This document shows, in pieces, positions 57,629 to 64,000 of a stretch of DNA of 64,000 nucleotides. The notes beneath the pieces were generated by a model. That model saw only the letters and a program-made list of their open reading frames with translations. It did no database searches and had not been told where the DNA came from. The DNA is from Burkholderiales bacterium (GTDB lineage: Bacteria > Pseudomonadota > Gammaproteobacteria > Burkholderiales > JACQAP01): positions 18,947 to 82,946 of the forward strand of contig JBJMWI010000028.1 in assembly GCA_045810225.1 (NCBI GenBank), given 5' to 3'. Position 1 is the first letter of the stretch. Every line of letters starts with the position of its first letter. A program made the position numbers and the translations under genes.

Positions 57629-58533
57629 AGCTCCACTCGTTTGAGCGCGAGCATCACGACCACGGACAGCAAAATGATCACCAGGAACGCGACTGCCGCG
57701 GTGTAACTGGTCTCGAATTGCTGGAATCCCTTGATGTAGGTAAAGATAGAAATCGTTTCGGTCATCGTGCCGGGGCCGCCTTTGGTGAGAGCCCAGACAA
57801 TGTCGAACAACCGGAACAAATCCAGCCCGCGAATGAGAATGGCAATGGCCATCACCGGCCAGATCGCAGGCAGCACGATCCTGAAGAATGTACGCCACCA
57901 GCCGGCACCGTCGATCGCGGCGGCTTCGAGTTGCGACTTGTCTACGTTGGCCAGCGCGGCCAGCAGCAGCAGGAACATGAACGGTGTCCATTGCCAGATT
58001 TCCGCTGCGATGATCGCCGGATAGACCAGCTTGGGATTAATGGTCCAGAGGATTGCCGCGGTATCGCCGGTGAACCAGCCGATGATCTGATTGATGGGCC
58101 CGAAGCGGTGATCGAACAGCAAGGCCCAGGTAGCGCCGGAAACAATGGGCGATACGACTACCGGAAGCACCAGCAGCGCAACGAAAATCTGCCGTCCGGG
58201 CAGCCGTTCCAGGAAGAGTTGCGCCATGGCCAGCCCCAACAGCAATTCCAGTGGCAGAGCGATGGCGGTGAATATGACAGTGTGCAGCAGCGCCTCCCAC
58301 ATTCGCGAGTCGTGAAACAGCTGCGCGTAATTGCGCACCCCGACGAAGTCGGTTGATGTTTCAGTCATCGTGATGCCCTGAAAGCTCACCATCAGCAGGT
58401 AAACCAACGGGAAAATACCGATTAGCAACAACACGAATATCGCCGGCCCGACCAACAGGTATTTGAAGTTGCGGTCCCCGAATGTGCCGCGGCCTTGCAT
58501 TGGCTGTGTTGCTCCTGAAATCCTTGCAAGCAT
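57619..58533 (-). CDS. CUT1 sugar ABC transporter permease (MalF/UgpA-like)
   Basis: Six TM segments and the EAA loop (QLEAAAIDGAGWWRTFFRIVLP). An alternative start is the ATG at 58500 (MQGRGTF). Confidence 0.85.
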   Translation of the reverse strand: MLARISGATQPMQGRGTFGDRNFKYLLVGPAIFVLLLIGIFPLVYLLMVSFQGITMTETSTDFVGVRNYAQLFHDSRMWEALLHTVIFTAIALPLELLLGLAMAQLFLERLPGRQIFVALLVLPVVVSPIVSGATWALLFDHRFGPINQIIGWFTGDTAAILWTINPKLVYPAIIAAEIWQWTPFMFLLLLAALANVDKSQLEAAAIDGAGWWRTFFRIVLPAIWPVMAIAILIRGLDLFRLFDIVWALTKGGPGTMTETISIFTYIKGFQQFETSYTAAVAFLVIILLSVVVMLALKRVELAR

Positions 58534-58624
58534 ACTGACAAAAAAGGGAGCGCCGAGTCCGGCGCTCCCAAGTTAACGACTGCAATTGCGCTGTTTGATT
58601 ACCGGCGCAAGCCCTGCTGTGTTC

Positions 58625-60100
58625 TTACTTCGGGTAGGCGCCGGATTTGGAAGCCCAGGCGTTGTAGACTGCTTTTTGCTTGTCGGTCCCGACTTGTTTG
58701 GTGATGCCGTCCCAGTCTGCGGCCACTTTGTCCAGGATCGCCTTCGGATCTTCTCCCGCCCATAGCTTGCTGATGCCCTGTCGCAGCGCCTCTTCATACT
58801 TGTCCGTCTGAATCAGCGACAAATCCAGCAGGCCCGTCTGCGCGCCTTGATGCAACGCGGACAAATAATCCTTCGCGTCTGGCCAAAGCTTCATATATTC
58901 GGGATCCGTGTAATGCGAATCGCGGAATGGATCGCGCAGCGCATAAGGCAGTTTTACCCGCTTGCCGCTGATCTCTTCGCTGTTCAGCCACTGGATGAAC
59001 AGATAGGCCGCTTCCTTTTGCTTGCTGGTAGAGGCAACCGACAGCGCGAAACCGGCGGCCAGTTCCGGATGGCCGCCGGGAGGCAGCGCGTATCCTACTT
59101 TGCCCGCAATCGTTGACTTCGGCACCCAGGCAAGCGCCTTCTCGTTCGCCAGATAACCGGCGGCGAAACGTCCGTAAGGCGGCCACGAGATGGTCATCGC
59201 GCTCTCGCCTTTCAGGAAAGTTGCCAGGTTCTCCACGAAACCGAATTTTTCGACACCCGGCGGCATGAATCGATTCTCGTTGCGCATTTCGGTGAATACT
59301 TTCACACCGACCGGGCTATTGACGCTCGCATTCATGGTATTGGCATCGAAGAACTTGCCGCCTTCCACGCGGAAGCGCTCCTGGAACATGAACATCGTAT
59401 AGGGTGGCTCGCGGAAAAACGCGGCGCCGTAGATATGGTCTTTCTTTAGTGCGTCGGTCAAGAAGCTGCCGATTTCGTCGAACTGTTTCCAGTTCTTTGG
59501 CGGCGCAAGATCGTACTTGTACTTGTCCTTGAACGCTTTCTTCAGATCGGCGCGGGCAAAGATGTCCTTGCGGTAATAGAACAGGAATACGTCGCCATCA
59601 TCGGGGAAGCCGTAGATCTTGCCGTTGACCGTCATCTGATTATCGCGGTAGGTCGGCGCGATTTTTTTAAGCTCGTCACGGAAGCCGTACTTGTCGACAT
59701 AAGGATCCAGAACTTCCAGTGCGCCTGCCTGCGCAAGGTCTGGCATCCAAGCCGGAATGACATTCAGGGCATCGTACGCTCCCGTGCCGGCGCGAAATTC
59801 CTGCATGATCTTGGTGAACATCTCCGCCGTCGGGACTTCGACCACTTTGACTTTGCAGCCCGTTTCCTTTTCCCACAGCGGCCCCGAGAACTGCGTCGGG
59901 TCCAGCGATTGCAGGCCGGCCTCCCAGACAATGGTGATGGTCTTGCCGTTGCAGATTTTCTTGGCCGCTTCGACAGCCTTCTGCGCCGCACTCTGCGCAC
60001 TCGCGGCCCCTGCCCAGGCTAAAGCCGAGGCAGCGACGAGCGACAGGAGCAAAGGTCTCAGCAGAGCGAGCCGGCGAAGGCCGCGTGACTGGTGTTTCAT
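58625..60100 (-). CDS. ABC transporter extracellular solute-binding protein (family 1, sugar type)
   Basis: Signal peptide ..LLLSLVAASALAWAGAASA. Size (491 aa) and position upstream of the two CUT1 permeases fit. Confidence 0.85.
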   Translation of the reverse strand: MKHQSRGLRRLALLRPLLLSLVAASALAWAGAASAQSAAQKAVEAAKKICNGKTITIVWEAGLQSLDPTQFSGPLWEKETGCKVKVVEVPTAEMFTKIMQEFRAGTGAYDALNVIPAWMPDLAQAGALEVLDPYVDKYGFRDELKKIAPTYRDNQMTVNGKIYGFPDDGDVFLFYYRKDIFARADLKKAFKDKYKYDLAPPKNWKQFDEIGSFLTDALKKDHIYGAAFFREPPYTMFMFQERFRVEGGKFFDANTMNASVNSPVGVKVFTEMRNENRFMPPGVEKFGFVENLATFLKGESAMTISWPPYGRFAAGYLANEKALAWVPKSTIAGKVGYALPPGGHPELAAGFALSVASTSKQKEAAYLFIQWLNSEEISGKRVKLPYALRDPFRDSHYTDPEYMKLWPDAKDYLSALHQGAQTGLLDLSLIQTDKYEEALRQGISKLWAGEDPKAILDKVAADWDGITKQVGTDKQKAVYNAWASKSGAYPK

Positions 60101-60353
60101 ATTGCGTCCTCCGATGATTTATAAGTTTTTGATTGCTCGCTCATTGGCGGGCAACGGTGTAGTGCGAACCGATTATGTTGAAGGGCCCCGTCGAGTGTCA
60201 AGCTGAGTCACCGGACGCTGCTCATGCCGCACGGCAGCAATGGGATGCAATCCCATGAATCAGGCATGACAGAGTAATCATGCGAGGGTTGGCTTACGAC
60301 AGCGTATTTGTGGTGCAATTGGACTTTGCGCCACTTATCAGAAAGGCGGATGC

Positions 60354-61151
60354 ATGAGCGCACCTACCCTGCAGGCGGCCACTCTGTTGCTTGACCAGCG
60401 GTTGTCCTTGCAGCCGATCATGGCGCTTCCGGACGGCATCAGGCCACAGACGGAAGCTGAGGGCTATGCGCTGCAGCGCGTGCTGAACGGCCTGCTGTCA
60501 GTTGCCGGCATGGGCGACCATGTCGGCCACAAGATTGGCTGCACCACCCCCGTCATGCAGAAGTTTCTGAACATTCCGAATCCGTGCGCAGGCGTCATTT
60601 TTGAGAAAACGGTCTTGCACGGCGCAGCCCGCGTGCCACGTTCCGGTTTCGTGAGGCTGGGCGTTGAGTGCGAAATCGCCGTGGAGCTTGCGCGTGATCT
60701 GACGCCAGCCGGACGCCCCGTCGATCGTGAACAGGCAGGCCAGGCGGTCGGCGCGGTGATGGCAGCGATCGAACTCGTGGATGACCGCTATGCCGATTAT
60801 CGTACGATTGGGATACCGACACTGATCGCCGACGATTTTTTTAATTGCGGATGCGTGCTCGGTGATCCAGTGCACGACTGGAGCACACTGGACCTGGAGA
60901 AGCTGGCCGGTACGGCGTTCATCAACAACATTGAAGTGGGCAGCGGTACCGGGTCTCTGATCATGGGACATCCGCTGGAGGCACTGGCCTGGCTGGCGAA
61001 TTCACGTGCCAAATACGGTTTGGATCCGGTTCGCGCCGGTGAATTTGTATTGCTGGGAAGCATTGTGGAAACGAAGTGGCTTGATGCTGGCGACGAAGTA
61101 CACGTTGAGCTCGGGAAGCTGGGTACATTGGGCCTCACCGTGGATTCGTAA
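60354..61151 (+). CDS. 2-keto-4-pentenoate hydratase family protein (second MhpD-like paralog)
   Basis: EGYALQRVL..., VGHKIGCTTPVMQ and GEFVLLGS blocks parallel those of the 20765-21547 product. Confidence 0.75.
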   Translation: MSAPTLQAATLLLDQRLSLQPIMALPDGIRPQTEAEGYALQRVLNGLLSVAGMGDHVGHKIGCTTPVMQKFLNIPNPCAGVIFEKTVLHGAARVPRSGFVRLGVECEIAVELARDLTPAGRPVDREQAGQAVGAVMAAIELVDDRYADYRTIGIPTLIADDFFNCGCVLGDPVHDWSTLDLEKLAGTAFINNIEVGSGTGSLIMGHPLEALAWLANSRAKYGLDPVRAGEFVLLGSIVETKWLDAGDEVHVELGKLGTLGLTVDS

Positions 61152-61205
61152 CCAAGTGACTCGGTTGAGCAACCGGGAGCATCCGCCGTCGCGCATCAGC
61201 AACCC

Positions 61206-61946
61206 ATGACAGCCGCGATTGTTGAACTTTCGAATTTGCGCTTCTCATGGGCAGCATCTTTGCCGCTCACCGTCGACATCCCGAACCTGCAGCTAGCCAA
61301 AACCGATCGCGTGTTTGTGACTGGAGCAAGCGGGAGTGGAAAATCCACGCTGTTGAGTCTGCTCGCCGGCATCGTGACGCCACAGCAAGGCAGTATCCGC
61401 ATCCTGGATCAGGACCTCGGCAAACTGGGTGGTGCGGCACGCGATCGATTCCGCGCCGACCACATCGGCTTCATCTTCCAGATGTTCAATCTGATTCCTT
61501 ATCTTTCTGTGATGGCAAACGTGGTTCTTCCATGCGGATTTTCGGCCCGCCGGCGTCGGAATGCGATCCAGGCGGCTGGAAGTGTCGAAGCTGAAGCACT
61601 GAGGCTGCTGTCTCATCTGGACCTGGCAGACAACCGCACCCTGGAGCAACCAGTCACTGAACTCAGCGTTGGACAGCAGCAACGTGTGGCCGCTGCGCGT
61701 GCGCTGATCGGCGCTCCCGAGTTAGTTATTGCAGATGAGCCGACGTCTTCGCTGGATGCCGAGAGGCGGTCAGCCTTTGTTGACTTGCTGTTCCGCGAAT
61801 GCACACGCAACGGGGCAACACTGATATTTGTCAGTCACGATACATCACTCGCTGCGCAATTCGATCGCCGCATTAACTTTGTCGAACTCAACCGTGCGCT
61901 GCACAGCGGCACGGCACGACTGGCCTGCGAGCCAGGTTGCTTGTGA
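61206..61946 (+). CDS. ABC transporter ATP-binding protein (MacB/LolD/FtsE-like)
   Basis: Walker A GASGSGKST, Q-loop IGFIFQ, signature LSVGQQQRV, Walker B LVIADEPTSSLD. Confidence 0.9.
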   Translation: MTAAIVELSNLRFSWAASLPLTVDIPNLQLAKTDRVFVTGASGSGKSTLLSLLAGIVTPQQGSIRILDQDLGKLGGAARDRFRADHIGFIFQMFNLIPYLSVMANVVLPCGFSARRRRNAIQAAGSVEAEALRLLSHLDLADNRTLEQPVTELSVGQQQRVAAARALIGAPELVIADEPTSSLDAERRSAFVDLLFRECTRNGATLIFVSHDTSLAAQFDRRINFVELNRALHSGTARLACEPGCL

Positions 61947-63193
61947 TTTTCGGGCTCGCCACGAGAAGCCTGTACAACCGTAAATTGACAGCGGGCTTGA
62001 CGATATTGTCCATCGCTCTTGCGGTAGCGCTGCTGTTGGGCGTAGAACGCATACGCCAGGAATCGCGCGCGAGTTTTGCGGCCACCATCAGCGGCACGGA
62101 TCTGGTAGTGGGCGCGCGCACCAGCCCGGTACACCTGCTGCTTTCCGCTGTATTCCATATCGGCAATGTCACCAATAACATCACCTGGGACAGTTACCGC
62201 GCAATTGCGCAGCGGCCTGAAGTCGCCTGGACGATCCCACTTGCGCTTGGGGATTCCTATCGCGCCTACCGCGTTCTCGGCACGACACCCGATTATTTCG
62301 CGAACTTCCGCTTTGCCCGCGACCGCCGGCTGGTGTTGGCTCGAGGCAAGATATTCGAACATGACCATGATGCGGTGCTTGGAGCGGATGTTGCGGCATC
62401 GCTGAAGCACCGGGTTGGAGATACGGCTGTCATTGCGCACGGCGCAGGCGAAGTCAGCTTTGCGCTGCACGATCAGCATCCCTTCCGGATTACCGGGGTG
62501 CTGGCCCGCACCGGCACGCCGGTAGATCGCACAGTGCACGTTTCGCTTGCCGGGCTCGACGCGGTCCACGAGGAGGTGCAAGACGATAACGATCCCGTCG
62601 CAGCCATCCTGCGGGACAAGCATCGAGCGCGCGCGGGCGGGCATGCAATCACTGCTTTCTTGCTTGGCCTGCATTCTCGCGGCACGGCACTTTCGATGCA
62701 AAGGCAGATCAACGAGTATGCGCGGGAACCGCTTACGGCCGTCTTACCCGGCGTGGCGTTGCAGGAAGTGTGGGAAATAACCGCAACGGTGGAGAGATCG
62801 CTGTTGGCAGTGTCCGCTATGGTCGTTGTCGTGGGTCTGTCCGGCATGCTGGTGACGTTGCTCTCCAGCCTCGGAGAGCGTCGCCGCGAAATGGCTATTC
62901 TGCGTTCACTAGGTGCACGGCCGCTGCAGGTGTTTGCGTTGCTGCTCGGCGAAGCGGCGTTTTTGACCATGGCCGGTATTGTGCTGGGCGTGGCCGCGTT
63001 GTATGCCGGAATGCTGGTGGGAGGCTCCTGGCTCGAAGCGCGTTTCGGACTGTTTATTTCGGTAAGCTTGCCTTCCGCTCATGAACTACAGTTGGTATGT
63101 ATTGTGGCGGCGGCGGGATTGCTGGCGGGTCTGATTCCTGCCTACAGCAGCTACCGGTATTCCCTGGCTGACGGTATGACCCTGCGTCTTTGA
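61937..63193 (+). CDS. FtsX-like (MacB-type) ABC transporter permease
   Basis: N-terminal TM segment, a periplasmic domain of about 230 aa, then a three-TM FtsX domain. The start is TTG 61937 or GTG 61943, overlapping the ATPase stop. Confidence 0.85.
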   Translation: MLVIFGLATRSLYNRKLTAGLTILSIALAVALLLGVERIRQESRASFAATISGTDLVVGARTSPVHLLLSAVFHIGNVTNNITWDSYRAIAQRPEVAWTIPLALGDSYRAYRVLGTTPDYFANFRFARDRRLVLARGKIFEHDHDAVLGADVAASLKHRVGDTAVIAHGAGEVSFALHDQHPFRITGVLARTGTPVDRTVHVSLAGLDAVHEEVQDDNDPVAAILRDKHRARAGGHAITAFLLGLHSRGTALSMQRQINEYAREPLTAVLPGVALQEVWEITATVERSLLAVSAMVVVVGLSGMLVTLLSSLGERRREMAILRSLGARPLQVFALLLGEAAFLTMAGIVLGVAALYAGMLVGGSWLEARFGLFISVSLPSAHELQLVCIVAAAGLLAGLIPAYSSYRYSLADGMTLRL

Positions 63194-63201
63194 GGATGAA
63201 A

Positions 63202-63873
63202 ATGAACACCACACGCTTCCCTGTGTTATGCATCGTGGCTTGTTTGCTGGCCGGGTCGGCGGGCGTTGGTATTGCGGTGGAGGAAGCGCGCCAGATCATG
63301 TGGAAAGACCTCGTACCTGCACCGGCGGCCGATCAGGTTTTCCCCAAGCTCAGCAAGCAACAGGCACTGCAGCTTGCCGACATTGCCGACGTGCGCGAAC
63401 GCCAGGCGCGAGGTGAAAAAGTCGGATCCATAGAGCTCGAAGATGAACGCGCCGCCGTGCGCAAGCTCGGGCAAGCCGGCTTTGACGTCGAAGCGCTGTT
63501 GAGCAAGCGCAAGGAGTTCGTCGAAAGCAGCCGGGTGCGCGCGCGTGCGGTCAATGGGTCGCTCGACGGGCAAATCGTGCGCATGCCGGGCTATATATTG
63601 CCGCTGGAATTTTCCGGCAAGGAAGTCAGTGAATTTTTGCTGGTACCCTATGTCGGCGCCTGCATCCATACGCCCCCGCCCCCGCCAAACCAGATCGTCC
63701 ATGTGAAGGCGGATAAACCAGTGGCCAATGTCACCGTTTTTTCCGCCGTATGGGTCACCGGGCGGCTGGCGGCCGTGTCGGCCAAAAAATCGCTGAGCCT
63801 GGTCGATGGAGCGGCAGACATCGACATCGGCTATTCGATGCGAGCCACCACCGTGGAGTTGTACAAGGAGTAG
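63202..63873 (+). CDS. DUF3299 domain periplasmic protein
   Basis: ATG at 63202, 5 nt after GAGGA, gives a signal peptide. The block G.IVRMPGYILPLE......EFLLVPYVGACIHTPPPPPNQIVHV is characteristic of DUF3299. Translationally coupled to the permease. Confidence 0.75.
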   Translation: MNTTRFPVLCIVACLLAGSAGVGIAVEEARQIMWKDLVPAPAADQVFPKLSKQQALQLADIADVRERQARGEKVGSIELEDERAAVRKLGQAGFDVEALLSKRKEFVESSRVRARAVNGSLDGQIVRMPGYILPLEFSGKEVSEFLLVPYVGACIHTPPPPPNQIVHVKADKPVANVTVFSAVWVTGRLAAVSAKKSLSLVDGAADIDIGYSMRATTVELYKE

Positions 63874-63880
63874 AACCGGA

Positions 63881-64000
63881 ATGCTAGCGGAACGCTGGCA
63901 ACGCAGCGGTATTGCCGATCTGCTGCCCGGCGACGTGCTCATGTGGCGCGGGCTTGTTCATGACCGTGCGAATTTTGAGGCTTTCGACGCCTTGTTCCTG
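63881..64000 (+). CDS. 5' end of an unidentified ORF running off the window
   Basis: ATG at 63881, 10 nt after AAGGAG. The frame stays open to the window end (MLAERWQRSGIADLLPGDVLMWRG...). Too short to classify. Confidence 0.3.
   Translation, partial: MLAERWQRSGIADLLPGDVLMWRGLVHDRANFEAFDALFL

Noticed and set aside
57249-57991. Minus-strand ORFs 57249-57524 (91 aa) and 57503-57991 (162 aa) with the repeated peptides MSHPARG...KCQEAAR
   Set aside because: The similarity between them simply reflects translation of the intergenic DNA repeat. The second ORF also overlaps the permease gene out of frame. Their composition is Arg/Gly/Pro-rich, and there is no independent coding evidence.
61152-61205. 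Search for a Zur/Fur-type box upstream of the MacB-type ABC genes
   Set aside because: The 54-bp spacer is GC-rich with no AT-rich palindrome. No metalloregulator site can be claimed from the sequence.
1-64000. Scan for mobile elements, CRISPR arrays, rRNA/tRNA genes and defence-system genes across the window
   Set aside because: No integrase, transposase or recombinase-like ORFs were seen. There are no regularly spaced short repeats and no rRNA/tRNA signatures. No nuclease, helicase or ATPase gene sets typical of defence islands were found. The only repeat structure noticed is the 57249-57628 block.

Overview
GC-rich chromosomal segment from a Gram-negative bacterium. A Bug/TctC-type solute-binding protein and the general gene content suggest a betaproteobacterium, but this is inference only. 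The window is almost fully coding, with about 60 genes. It opens with the end of the complex I operon (nuoM C-terminus, nuoN) and a NUDIX gene. The rest mixes housekeeping genes (htpG with a sigma32-like promoter, zwf, acpH, qor, phaZ, srkA, a CspA-family gene) with accessory metabolic clusters. These clusters encode amidases, CoA-transferase, hydratases, SDRs, 2-hydroxyacid dehydrogenases, an HpcH aldolase, a TauD dioxygenase, a CUT1 sugar ABC operon and a MacB-type ABC/DUF3299 trio. I found no rRNA, tRNA, CRISPR array, integrase, transposase or recognisable phage or defence genes, so this is not an obvious mobile island. Five items seem most worth a second look. (1) An RpfF-like DSF-family signal synthase lies in an apparent operon with an HTH-PAS-GGDEF-EAL protein and is divergently paired with an Aas-type acyltransferase/acyl-ACP synthetase. 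(2) A secreted three-module protein joins a redoxin domain, a CXXCH heme site and a copper monooxygenase-like domain with the full HH..H/HxH..M ligand pattern. (3) A repeat block of about 370 bp is inserted exactly at the stop/start junction of two ABC permease genes and carries its own SD and ATG. (4) A TauD-family dioxygenase lies close to an HD-domain protein with a diiron-oxygenase-like His pattern. (5) An uncharacterised 655-aa protein plus a DUF1348 protein are embedded in the sugar ABC operon. All functional calls rest on by-eye motif and family recognition. No database search was run.
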